A DNA stretch of 64,000 bases from NCBI GenBank assembly GCA_937861125.1, contig CALMAY010000037.1, positions 196,941-260,940 on the forward strand. The letters run 5' to 3'. Position numbers and translations under genes: made by a program. Origin of the DNA: an uncultured bacterium (GTDB taxonomy: Bacteria > Patescibacteriota > Patescibacteriia > Magasanikbacterales > UBA922). The notes below the pieces were generated by a model. That model was not told the origin of the DNA. It saw nothing but the letters and a program-made list of their open reading frames with translations, and searched no databases. This document shows, in pieces, positions 26,063 to 34,755 of this stretch; the stretch's first letter is position 1; each line of letters starts with the position of its first letter.

Positions 26063-26952
26063 AGAGTAAGTGACACAATTCTGTCATGACCAAGGAGATC
26101 TTTGTGTGTCATTATTGTACCATGAGGGAATTGTTCTGTGCAGTGTGTGGTAAGTGATACTGTTTGTGCTGGGTCGATTTCCATGAAAAGAGTAACTTGT
26201 AATCTGTAACGAGTAACGAACAATTTGATTTGTTCTAGTAATTCTTTGTAGAGTGCGAGGCCGTTATCGTCGGCGACGAGGGCGGAGTAGGGTTCTTTTT
26301 GGATTGAGGGTTCGGAGTCGAATTGAGACTTTGTGAGATAGGGAAGGTTGGCGGTGATAGTAAGTGAACAGTGATCAGTGAACAGTGATCGATGATTGGT
26401 GAGTGGTTGTAGTAGATTTCCGTGCAAAAAAGTAATGTTTGTGCCATGTTTTTTTGCGTTCTTTTTTGCCACACGAAGTGCTGGCTTAGAGATGTCTATG
26501 GCAATACATTCGCTTGCTCCTTGTTCTTTGTTCAGTGTTCTTTGTATAGATATTGGAATACATCCAGAGCCTGTGCCTACGTCAATCAGCACACAACTTT
26601 TAACTTGCAACTTTTGACTTTTGATTGCTTGCACAGCAAGTTCCACCATCAGCTCTGTTTCAGGTCGTGGCACGAGTGTGTGTTTGTTGACCAAAAAGTC
26701 TAGTCCATAAAACTCACGATGGCCAGTGAGATGCGCAAGCGGATATCCGCGTCGTAGTTTCCATGACAAGTATTTGTATCTTGTTTCTTGGAGTTTTGAA
26801 ATTTTCACTTCTGGATGTGCAATCAAAAACTCACGTGGTTTTTTGAGTACGTATGCAAGTAAGAGTTCTGACTCTCGTCTGGGTGTACTGTGTTTGAGAA
26901 TAGCGTCTATGTTCATAGTAAAAAAGATGAGGAGATTATTCCTCATCCTCAC
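26059..26952 (-). CDS. prmC: Release-factor glutamine N5-methyltransferase PrmC/HemK (motif IV reads NLPY)
   Basis: SAM motif [11 protein letters not shown] and TANLPYL. Sits downstream of, and overlaps, prfA. Alternative start MNIDAIL at 26916. Confidence 0.8.
   Translation of the reverse strand: MRMRNNLLIFFTMNIDAILKHSTPRRESELLLAYVLKKPREFLIAHPEVKISKLQETRYKYLSWKLRRGYPLAHLTGHREFYGLDFLVNKHTLVPRPETELMVELAVQAIKSQKLQVKSCVLIDVGTGSGCIPISIQRTLNKEQGASECIAIDISKPALRVAKKNAKKHGTNITFLHGNLLQPLTNHRSLFTDHCSLTITANLPYLTKSQFDSEPSIQKEPYSALVADDNGLALYKELLEQIKLFVTRYRLQVTLFMEIDPAQTVSLTTHCTEQFPHGTIMTHKDLLGHDRIVSLTL
26772..26809 (+). repeat. GATACAA/TTGTATC-family repeat copy inside prmC (antisense to the coding strand)
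   Basis: atttgtatcttgtttcttggagttttgaaattttcact matches the 47073-47110 copy at about 31/38 positions by eye. Confidence 0.6.
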
Positions 26953-28015
26953 TTCCTACTGTATCAAACCCTTCGATACTCTTTTTTTGTAATGCTTCAA
27001 TCACCGGTTCGAGATCACCATTTAAAATACGTTCAATACTGTTCCAACTTTGGTGAATCCGATGATCGGTAATACGATCTTGAGGAAAGTTGTAGGTGCG
27101 AATTTTTTCACTTCGATCACCGGTACCAATCTGCGCTTTTTTTTGTGCACTGAGTTCTGCACGTTTTTTTTCTTGATCCATTTCAAACAAGCGTGAACGT
27201 AAAATCTGCATTGCTTTGATACGGTTTTGTTGCTGACTGCGTTCGTTTTGGCACTGCACAATCAGTCCAGTTGGTAAGTGAACGATACGTATCGCTGTCT
27301 CCACTTTGTTCACATTTTGTCCACCAGCCCCACCAGCACGATATGTGTCGATACGGAGGTCTTTGGCTTCGATTGTTACTTCTGTTTCTTCTATTTCAGG
27401 CATGACTGCGACACTGGCAGTGCTCGTGTGAATACGTCCAGCTTTTTCTGTCTGTGGAACACGCTGCACTCGGTGTACGCCCATCTCAAATTTGAGTGCA
27501 CCATAGACATTGGTTCCTTCAAGCTGGATAATAACTTCTTTGTATCCACCCTGTTCATTCATACTCTCGTCCAATAGTGTCACACGCCAGCCGTGTTTTT
27601 CTGCATATCGCATGTACATCTTCATGAGGTCTCCTGCAAAGAGACCTGCTTCATCTCCACCAGCACCAGCACGAATTTCCATGATGATATTTTTTTTATC
27701 AAGCGGATCTTTTGGCCTCGTTTCCTCTTCAAGCTCTGCGTTGAGTAAAGAGCATTTTTCTGTCAGGTCGGCCTGTTCGAGTTCAAGCATGCTGCGCATT
27801 TCACTATCTGTTTCTTGTGAGAGCATGTTGGCCCCATCTTTGAGCTGGGTTTCGAGCAACTCGAGGCGAATAATTTTTTCTGCAGTGTCTTTGAGTTCGG
27901 TATATTCTTGTGATGTTTCTTTGAGTTTTTGTTGGTCACCAAGAATAACTGGATTTTGCAAATCAGTTTCAAGGGAGTGAAATCGGTTTTTGATGTCGGT
28001 GTATTTTTGATTCAT
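26936..28015 (-). CDS. prfA: Peptide chain release factor 1
   Basis: [23 protein letters not shown] (GGQ) and [17 protein letters not shown] (RF1-type PxT tripeptide, here PQT). Confidence 0.9.
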   Translation of the reverse strand: MNQKYTDIKNRFHSLETDLQNPVILGDQQKLKETSQEYTELKDTAEKIIRLELLETQLKDGANMLSQETDSEMRSMLELEQADLTEKCSLLNAELEEETRPKDPLDKKNIIMEIRAGAGGDEAGLFAGDLMKMYMRYAEKHGWRVTLLDESMNEQGGYKEVIIQLEGTNVYGALKFEMGVHRVQRVPQTEKAGRIHTSTASVAVMPEIEETEVTIEAKDLRIDTYRAGGAGGQNVNKVETAIRIVHLPTGLIVQCQNERSQQQNRIKAMQILRSRLFEMDQEKKRAELSAQKKAQIGTGDRSEKIRTYNFPQDRITDHRIHQSWNSIERILNGDLEPVIEALQKKSIEGFDTVGSEDEE

Positions 28016-28019
28016 ACTT

Positions 28020-28126
28020 TTTAAGGCTTAACAGGCTTAAGAGGCTTAGAATGCTTACAAGGCTTTTCCACTTCATTTGGTAGCCTCCTAAGCCTTGTAA
28101 GCTTGCTGAGCTTACTAAGTCTTCAC
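28020..28126. repeat. Divergent pair of 5 x 9-bp AGCCTNNTA arrays (minus-oriented at 28020-28065, ending 4 nt before the prfA ATG; plus-oriented at 28082-28126)
   Basis: Minus strand: agccttgta|agcattcta|agcctctta|agcctgtta|agccttaaa|aagt|ATG. Plus strand: agcctccta|agccttgta|agcttgctg|agcttacta|agtcttcac. Confidence 0.85.
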
Positions 28127-28148
28127 ATGCTATTGTACCACATTGAAA

Positions 28149-28180
28149 CAAAAAGACAGGTGCTGATGGGCAAACCTGTC
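28149..28180 (-). terminator. Terminator of rpmE
   Basis: Stem gacaggt/acctgtc (28155-28161 / 28174-28180) plus a T-run on the minus strand. Confidence 0.65.
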
Positions 28181-28196
28181 CTTTGGAATGTAAAAG

Positions 28197-28523
28197 CTAT
28201 TTTTCGTCTGATTTTGCAGCTTTCTTTGCTTTTGTAGCCACTGTTTTTGCCTTTTTGCCTTTGCGAACAGCGGCTGCTGCCTCCACTTTGGCTTGGCGTT
28301 CTTTGAACTTATCCACACGACCGGCAGTATCGACAAAGCGGTGCTGACCAGTAAAGAATGGGTGAGATGCACTTGAGATTTCTACATTGATAACAAAGTG
28401 TTCAACACCGTCAATCATACGTGTTTCAGAACTCTTGAGCGTAGAGGTACTGACAAATTCAGCCCCACAAGAGGTGTCTACAAAGACGACTGGATAGATG
28501 GTTGGGTGGGTATCTTTTTTCAT
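28197..28523 (-). CDS. rpmE: 50S ribosomal protein L31, Cys-less (type B) form with a Lys/Ala-rich C-terminal extension
   Basis: MKKDTHPTIYPVVFVDTSCGAEF...SHPFFTG lacks the CxxC pairs of the zinc form. The tail is KGKKAKTVATKAKKAAK. Confidence 0.85.
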   Translation of the reverse strand: MKKDTHPTIYPVVFVDTSCGAEFVSTSTLKSSETRMIDGVEHFVINVEISSASHPFFTGQHRFVDTAGRVDKFKERQAKVEAAAAVRKGKKAKTVATKAKKAAKSDEK

Positions 28524-28667
28524 AGAAAAGTATCAAAAGTGGCCTTATCTTAGCATGGGTTGGCTAGCTTGTCAAGGGCAATTCCTCAGATTGACAGACG
28601 TCTATGAGGTGTAGCATACGTAGGGGGCAGACGATTTTAAGTCTTGTGAGCCGTACTGTGCTATCTC

Positions 28668-28696
28668 TTGATTTGTTTGTTGGGTTGTGGTATAGT
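28668..28696 (+). promoter_or_regulatory. secG promoter (TTGATT-17-TATAGT with TGg extension)
   Basis: ttgatt tgtttgttgggttgtgg tatagt. Confidence 0.5.
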
Positions 28697-28717
28697 ATGT
28701 ATATACTTATTTTTGTT

Positions 28718-28942
28718 ATGCTCAATACGATTCTTCTTGTTAGTCAATTTGTTCTCGCTCTTTTGTTGATTGGTGCAGTATTGCTCCAGCAGCGTGATTC
28801 TGGTTTGGGTGCTGGATTTGGCGGTGGTTCCAATGGTGGTATTCGTGCCACTCGTCGTGGTCCTGAAAAAGCTCTCTTTACTGCTACTATCGTTATTGCT
28901 GTTCTCTTTTTTGCTGTATCACTCGCAGTGGTATTGTTCTAA
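28718..28942 (+). CDS. secG: Preprotein translocase subunit SecG
   Basis: MLNTILLVSQFVLALLLIGAVLLQQRDSGLGAGFGGG. Start trimmed to the ATG at 28718. Confidence 0.8.
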   Translation: MLNTILLVSQFVLALLLIGAVLLQQRDSGLGAGFGGGSNGGIRATRRGPEKALFTATIVIAVLFFAVSLAVVLF

Positions 28943-28966
28943 TATCATCGTCTTCACCTCTTTATT

Positions 28967-31012
28967 TTGGGAGGAGTGGGTCGTGTTATCTCTTTTTTTG
29001 TGTCTCTTTATCGACGCATTACATCAGTATTTTCATTGTATCGCCATCGATCGCCGTTGCGATCATTGCATCATGATATGACGCTGCTTCGACGTGTGTC
29101 AGGAATTCGTTTTCCGTCATTTCGTCAAATTCGGCATACCATACACATGTGCAGTTCACATGAGAAAAAACTGTATACCATCGGTGTTACTGGCATGGTA
29201 GTGAGTTTGTTTTGGGGTGCTATATTAGGATTATCTTTGTTTCGTGTACAAGTGCCTGCTGTGGGTGGTAGTTATGTTGAGGGTGTGGTGGGGACTGTAC
29301 AACGTCTCAATCCATTGTATGCTCCACTTTCTGATGCTGAGATGGATGTCTCTCGCTTGTTGTTTTCTGGTTTGATGCGTATTGATAGTAAAGGAAGGTT
29401 AGTTCCAGATATTGCGGCTAACTATACGTTGAGCGAAGATAAAAAGTTGTATACATTTACATTACGTACGGATGTGCTTTGGCATGATGGTGAGCCACTC
29501 ACTGCCAAAGATGTTGCGTATACGATTGAGACAATCCAACGTCCAGAATCAGCGAGCCCTCTGCTCATGTCATTTCAAGGAGTGGTGGTGACTGTAGTGG
29601 ATGATCATACTATTACTTTTGCACTTTCTGAACCATTTCCTGCTTTTCTCAACGCATTGACAGTTGGTATTATTCCTGAACATATTTGGAGTGATACTGC
29701 ACTAGCTACATTGCCCATTGTACAAAAAAATCTTCAGCCGGTTGGGACTGGTCCATTTGCATTAGATACATTGGTGAAAGATGAAAACGGTATAATTACT
29801 CGTATCAATTTGAAACGATTTGATGAGTATTATCGTCAACCTCCTTTTTTAAAAGAATTGTCATTTGTGTTTTTTAGTGATTATGATGGAGATGGTGGTG
29901 CAATTGCAGCACTTCGTCAGGGTCATGTTGATGGGTTGCATGCAATTCCAAATGAACTCAAGGATAAGGTAGCTCGTCGTGGTATTGAGTTGCATACATT
30001 GCAGTTTTCACAATACACCGCGTTGTTTCTTAATCAACAACATCCTGCACTTAAGCAAAGTGCGGTTCGCGATGCATTGTCTTTGGCTATTGATAAAGAA
30101 CGATTATTGAAGGAGGCAATTGATGGTAATGGTTTTATTATTGACGGCCCAATTCTTCCTGGATTCCCTGGGTATGTAGAGAGTACGACCACGCCTGTGT
30201 TTTCTCTTGAACAAGCAAATACGTTACTTGATGCAGCATATCCTCGTATTACTGCAGAGAGTTATGTGGCTCAAAGACGAGAAGAGTTGCTGGCTGCGGC
30301 AGTAGTAAGTGCAAATACAAATATATATACTGCAAGTGATACATCGTCTACTGTGTCGACCACACCATTTACTACATCGACATTGCCAAGTGATATTGTG
30401 GCGAGTGTAGACGCACAATTGCAAGCAGATATATCTGAGGCACAGACGTTTTATCGCAAAAGTAAGAGTGGTGAAGTCCTTCATTTATCTATTGTGACAG
30501 TAGATACGTCAGAATATCGAGCCGTCGCACAGCGTATATCTGGCTTTTGGCAAGAAATAGGTGTTAAGACAGAACTTTCTTTTGTTCCTGCTAAAGATTT
30601 TTCTCGAACAGCACTGCGTTCACGTGCATACGATGTACTTTTGTATGGAGTAGTTTTGGGAAGTGACCCCGATCAGTTTGCTTTTTGGCATTCTTCACAG
30701 GTGGCACATCCAGGACTAAATCTGTCACAGTATACCAATGCAAGTGTTGATGCATTGTTGTTGCAGGCACGAGCAGCTTCTGATCTGACTGCACAGGAGC
30801 CGCTATATCAAAAGCTAGCAGAGACACTCAAAAAAGATAAACCAGCAATTTTCTTGTATTCGCCAACGTATACATATGTGTTGCCATCAAACATGCAAGG
30901 TACCTCGTTGAGTCGTATCTTTGTTCCATCTGATCGTTTTGCTGGTGTGATTCACTGGTATACCAAGACAGAGGGGTCATGGCAGTGGAAAAAAGATATA
31001 CCGTCTCAGTAG
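28967..31012 (+). CDS. ABC transporter substrate-binding protein, family 5 (peptide/nickel type), membrane-anchored
   Basis: Size, the N-terminal TM segment and motifs such as YTFTLRTDVLWHDGEPLTAKDVAYT are typical of SBP_bac_5. The true start is uncertain (several in-frame ATGs). Confidence 0.7.
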   Translation: MGGVGRVISFFVSLYRRITSVFSLYRHRSPLRSLHHDMTLLRRVSGIRFPSFRQIRHTIHMCSSHEKKLYTIGVTGMVVSLFWGAILGLSLFRVQVPAVGGSYVEGVVGTVQRLNPLYAPLSDAEMDVSRLLFSGLMRIDSKGRLVPDIAANYTLSEDKKLYTFTLRTDVLWHDGEPLTAKDVAYTIETIQRPESASPLLMSFQGVVVTVVDDHTITFALSEPFPAFLNALTVGIIPEHIWSDTALATLPIVQKNLQPVGTGPFALDTLVKDENGIITRINLKRFDEYYRQPPFLKELSFVFFSDYDGDGGAIAALRQGHVDGLHAIPNELKDKVARRGIELHTLQFSQYTALFLNQQHPALKQSAVRDALSLAIDKERLLKEAIDGNGFIIDGPILPGFPGYVESTTTPVFSLEQANTLLDAAYPRITAESYVAQRREELLAAAVVSANTNIYTASDTSSTVSTTPFTTSTLPSDIVASVDAQLQADISEAQTFYRKSKSGEVLHLSIVTVDTSEYRAVAQRISGFWQEIGVKTELSFVPAKDFSRTALRSRAYDVLLYGVVLGSDPDQFAFWHSSQVAHPGLNLSQYTNASVDALLLQARAASDLTAQEPLYQKLAETLKKDKPAIFLYSPTYTYVLPSNMQGTSLSRIFVPSDRFAGVIHWYTKTEGSWQWKKDIPSQ

Positions 31013-31172
31013 TATACGAACAACAAGTAAGGAGTTACAGAGACAAGTAAGATAAATAGTATGAGAAACTGAGTCAGGAATTAAATAAAAATAAAACAAA
31101 AATGAAACAGAAATTATCGTCTAATATTTGCTTGATTTCTGTATAATTTTCGATTCATTATCGTTTACAAAC

Positions 31173-31255
31173 GCCGAGATGGTGAAATGGTAGACACACT
31201 AGATTCAGGTTCTAGCGGGGGCAACCCCATGGAGGTTCAAGTCCTCTTCTCGGCA
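31173..31255 (+). tRNA. tRNA-Leu (anticodon CAG), long variable arm, no encoded CCA
   Basis: Acceptor gccgaga/tctcggc, anticodon stem ctaga/tctag with loop ttCAGgt, variable arm cgggggcaaccccatg, T-arm ggaggttcaagtcctc. Confidence 0.85.
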
Positions 31256-31421
31256 CGCACCGACAATTAACTGTTGACTGGTAACTATTAACCGTTGACA
31301 CTCTATACACTCTCGTTGCACAGAGCGTAAGCGGTCGTCATGGGTGTGAATGTTAATTGTTAAAAGTCAATTATTAATTGTTTTTTTACGGCCTTTGTGC
31401 CGATATTTTGAAGTAGTATTT

Positions 31422-33455
31422 ATGTTTTTTCATTCAAACAAGCCAAAGCCTGTAGCACCACGTGTGCCTACTGTGCCACCGCAACGTGCGCAGCAATATA
31501 CAGCACGTCCACGTCCAGCGCAGAATACTCAGTCGTATACACAAAATCAGGTACGACGTCATACGCTACCACCGGTACCGCCTATTCCAACGAGAAAACC
31601 ATCACCAGTAGCTGCTATCCCTACTACATCAATAGCGCAGAATCATCTGCGTACCAGTAGTGCATCACAACAATCACGTCGTTCATCATTTGGTGGTCGT
31701 CCACGTGCCAAGGTAACAGCACCATTTCGTGCTGAGCACAACCAGCCAAAACGTCCTGAGGTAGTCGCCTCAGTGCCAGTCGCTGGAGGACCGCTCGCCT
31801 TGCGTATTATTCCACTTGGTGGATGCGAAGAGGTGGGTCGTAATATGACTGTCTTTGAATATGGCAATGATATTGTTATTCTTGATATGGGTGTGCAGTT
31901 TCCAGAGGAAGATATGCCTGGAATTGATTATATCGTTCCAAACACCAAGTATCTCGAAGGAAAAGAAAAAAATATTCGTGCTGTTATCTTTAGTCATGGA
32001 CACCTTGATCACATTGGTGCAGCCCCAATCTTGCTTGAAAAACTGGGTAACCCAATGATTGTTGGTCGTGATTTGACGTTGGCAATGATCAAGCACAAAG
32101 TAGAGGATTATAAAAAAGGTACGAGCAAAAAACTCAAAACTGTACGTATCAACAGTATTGATCAGGTGATGACATTTGGCGCAATCAAGATTTCGTATTT
32201 TCAAGTCGAACACTCAATCATGGATGCGGTGGGTGTGACAGTGGAAACTCCATCAGGAAGTGCGATTCATCCAGGAGACTGGACACTTGAGCGTGATGCC
32301 AACGGCAAATCAACACTTGATTATACACACTTGCGCAACGTCACAAAACCATCAGTACTCATGCTTGAGAGTCTGGGGGTGCTCCACGACAAACGTGGTG
32401 TGAGTTATCAGGAGATGTATGATTCGCTCCAAGACATTTTGCGCAAAGCGCCTGGGCGTGTCATTATTGGTACCTTTAGTTCTCAAATCGAGCGTATCAA
32501 GTGGGTGATCGAAGCCGCACAGAGACTCAATAAAAAAGTCTTTCTTGATGGATACTCAATGAAAAACAATATCGAGATTGCCAAAGAGCTTGGGTATATA
32601 AAAATTGATAAAGGAGTGCTCGTGGATATCAAAGATGTCAATAAATATGACGACAAACAAATCGTTGTGCTTTGTACTGGCGCACAAGGTGAAGAAAATG
32701 CAGTGCTTTCACGTATTGTCAATGGTGAACATCGTACATTACGTTTGATCAAAAATGACACAGTAGTATTTTCATCCTCTGTCATTCCTGGAAACGAGCG
32801 CACGATTCAGCGTCTCAAAGACAACATGTATCGTCAATGTGATAATGTGATTCACGGACAAGTGATGGATGTGCACGTCTCTGGTCATGCAACCAAAACA
32901 GATATTTTGGAGGTGATACAGATGGTACAACCGACATACTTTATGCCGGTGTACGCTAACCATTTCATGCTCAAAGAGACAGAAAAATTGGCACGCAACA
33001 ATGGATTTGATCCAAGCAAGATTATCGTGCCAGACAATGGGACTGTTGTAGAAGTGTTGCCAAATGGTGCCAAGGTGCTTGATAAAAAAGTACCGACTGA
33101 TTATGTTTTTGTCGATGGACTCGGAGTGTCAGATACACAGCATCTCGTATTACGTGATCGTCAGCTCCTCGCTGAAGAGGGAATGGTGGTGGTGATTGTG
33201 ACAGTGAATCATCGCACTGGTGCACTGGTACAGAATCCAGATATTATCTCTCGTGGATTTGTCTTTCTCAAGGACAACAAGAAATTGATTGAGGATATGC
33301 GTCACAAAGTCTCTGAGATGGTGATTCAATCAAACCCAGCGACATGGGCAGATGTCAACATTATCAAAAACAATATTCGCGACAAGATAGGCCAGTATGT
33401 TTACACAAAGACGGAGAAACGTCCGATGATCTTGCCAGTAGTTATCGAAGTGTAA
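31422..33455 (+). CDS. rnj: Ribonuclease J with a roughly 125-aa Pro/Gln/Arg-rich N-terminal extension
   Basis: RIIPLGGCEEVGRNMTVFEYGNDIVILDMG...FSHGHLDHIGA (metallo-beta-lactamase/beta-CASP). Confidence 0.85.
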   Translation: MFFHSNKPKPVAPRVPTVPPQRAQQYTARPRPAQNTQSYTQNQVRRHTLPPVPPIPTRKPSPVAAIPTTSIAQNHLRTSSASQQSRRSSFGGRPRAKVTAPFRAEHNQPKRPEVVASVPVAGGPLALRIIPLGGCEEVGRNMTVFEYGNDIVILDMGVQFPEEDMPGIDYIVPNTKYLEGKEKNIRAVIFSHGHLDHIGAAPILLEKLGNPMIVGRDLTLAMIKHKVEDYKKGTSKKLKTVRINSIDQVMTFGAIKISYFQVEHSIMDAVGVTVETPSGSAIHPGDWTLERDANGKSTLDYTHLRNVTKPSVLMLESLGVLHDKRGVSYQEMYDSLQDILRKAPGRVIIGTFSSQIERIKWVIEAAQRLNKKVFLDGYSMKNNIEIAKELGYIKIDKGVLVDIKDVNKYDDKQIVVLCTGAQGEENAVLSRIVNGEHRTLRLIKNDTVVFSSSVIPGNERTIQRLKDNMYRQCDNVIHGQVMDVHVSGHATKTDILEVIQMVQPTYFMPVYANHFMLKETEKLARNNGFDPSKIIVPDNGTVVEVLPNGAKVLDKKVPTDYVFVDGLGVSDTQHLVLRDRQLLAEEGMVVVIVTVNHRTGALVQNPDIISRGFVFLKDNKKLIEDMRHKVSEMVIQSNPATWADVNIIKNNIRDKIGQYVYTKTEKRPMILPVVIEV

Positions 33456-33513
33456 ATATTTTTCGCCACAGCGTTATCCTGTCTTGCAACAGGGGATTAC
33501 ATAGATTTTTTAA

Positions 33514-33548
33514 ACACCGTTCCTCTATACAGAGGGACGGTGTTTTGT
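33514..33548 (+). terminator. Terminator of rnj
   Basis: 13-bp stem acaccgttcctct/agagggacggtgt (one mismatch) plus a T-run. Confidence 0.7.
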
Positions 33549-33563
33549 TATGATTGTTTTTGT

Positions 33564-34721
33564 ATGATGAATTTTGCACAACGCGCTTCAATTCAAGAAT
33601 CTGATACACTTCGTATCAATGCTCTTGCTACAGCGAAACGATCGCGTGGGGAGCGAGTATACAATCTCTCTGTTGGTGAACCCCTTGTTTCGCTGTCTGC
33701 TCATATTATCGAAGCGGCAGATGCTGCGATGCGGCGAGGAGATACTCGATATCCACCAGTCAACGGTATTCCTACCTTGCGTGAGGCTGCTTGTGTGTGG
33801 ATGAATAGTGCATATTACACTGACTACACTTCATCACAGTGTCTCGTGACTGCAGGTGGAAAGTTTGCGTTGTTTGCACTGTTTGGCGCATTGATAAATC
33901 CATGGGACGAGGTACTTGTCATCGCACCATATTGGGTGTCGTACCCACCGATGATTTCCTTTTTTGGTGGTGTGCCAAAAGTTGTGCAGACGCAGTATGA
34001 ACAGCAGTGGAAAGTATCGGTTGCATTGCTTGAGGCACAGCGAAGTGAAAAAACAAAGATGTTGGTGTTTAACAATGCGAGCAATCCAACAGGTGTGCTG
34101 TATTCTCGTCAAGAGATACAAGAAATTTTGGCATGGGCACAGGCGCATGATATATTTGTCGTTTCTGATGAGGTGTATAGTGGATTGGTGTATGATGGTG
34201 GTGAGTATGTTTCGTGTGGTTCATTTCCCGAGCACAAAGAGAGTGTTGCGGTGGTACAAAGTGTATCAAAGAATTTTGGAATGACTGGACTTCGTGTCGG
34301 ATTTTTATTTGCATCAGAAGATATTATTCGTACCTGCGGTACGATACAGGGACAGAGTACGAGTGGACCATCTATCGTCAGCCAGTATGCCGCGTTGGCT
34401 GCGTGTGAGCATGCAGATGAAATTTCTGGGTATATTAGATCCGAGATGCATCAGCGTCGTGATGTACTTGTTTCTTCATTTGAAAAACATGACGTTGTAA
34501 TACCCATGCCCCAGTCCGCATTGTATGCGTTTGTTCCGTTGAGTTCATTTGGTGTAGCCGATATGACTTCTGTTGGGTTTTGTGAAAAAATGTTGGAAGA
34601 AAAAGGTGTGGCGATGGTATCAGGAAGTGCGTTTGGGGTGGAGGGGTATGTACGACTGTCGTTTGGGGGAACTGATGCAGATCTTCGAGGGGGTATAGAG
34701 TTATTGTGTAATCGTGATTGA
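33564..34721 (+). CDS. Class I/II pyridoxal-phosphate aminotransferase (aspartate aminotransferase-like)
   Basis: SVSKNFGMTGLRVGF (PLP-lysine motif) and NNASNPTG. Confidence 0.8.
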   Translation: MMNFAQRASIQESDTLRINALATAKRSRGERVYNLSVGEPLVSLSAHIIEAADAAMRRGDTRYPPVNGIPTLREAACVWMNSAYYTDYTSSQCLVTAGGKFALFALFGALINPWDEVLVIAPYWVSYPPMISFFGGVPKVVQTQYEQQWKVSVALLEAQRSEKTKMLVFNNASNPTGVLYSRQEIQEILAWAQAHDIFVVSDEVYSGLVYDGGEYVSCGSFPEHKESVAVVQSVSKNFGMTGLRVGFLFASEDIIRTCGTIQGQSTSGPSIVSQYAALAACEHADEISGYIRSEMHQRRDVLVSSFEKHDVVIPMPQSALYAFVPLSSFGVADMTSVGFCEKMLEEKGVAMVSGSAFGVEGYVRLSFGGTDADLRGGIELLCNRD

Positions 34722-34755
34722 TTTTATTTCTACTCTAGGGTACGATATCTCTACT

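Noticed and set aside
26364-26391. Direct 14-bp duplication gtgaacagtgatca/gtgaacagtgatcg inside prmC.
   Set aside because: The reading frame is intact across it and the region encodes the variable linker before motif IV. There is no sign of a frameshift or pseudogenisation, and the biological interest is low.
27449-27457. RF1 anticodon-mimic tripeptide is PQT rather than the common PAT/PVT.
   Set aside because: The motif is defined as PxT and the middle residue is variable. By itself this is not evidence of altered stop-codon recognition.
28127-28234. 35-codon ORF starting at the ATG that follows the plus-oriented AGCCT array.
   Set aside because: It crosses the rpmE terminator hairpin and is antisense to the rpmE 3' end. 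The peptide (MLLYHIETKRQVLMGKPVLWNV...) has no features, and the supporting array is the most degenerate one.
31256-31421. Repeated ttaacYgttgac motifs and an AT-rich hairpin plus T7 (about 31350-31388) after tRNA-Leu, as a possible regulatory element or tRNA terminator.
   Set aside because: The stems are short and AT-only, and I could not define a convincing promoter or terminator by eye. Left unannotated.
34719-34721. Possibility of an alternative genetic code (UGA as a sense codon, as in some candidate phyla).
   Set aside because: TGA cleanly terminates conserved genes at the expected C-termini: the aminotransferase at 34719-34721, gpmI copy 1 at 58592-58594, and the ORFan at 6127-6129. 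All conserved proteins are full length under the standard code.
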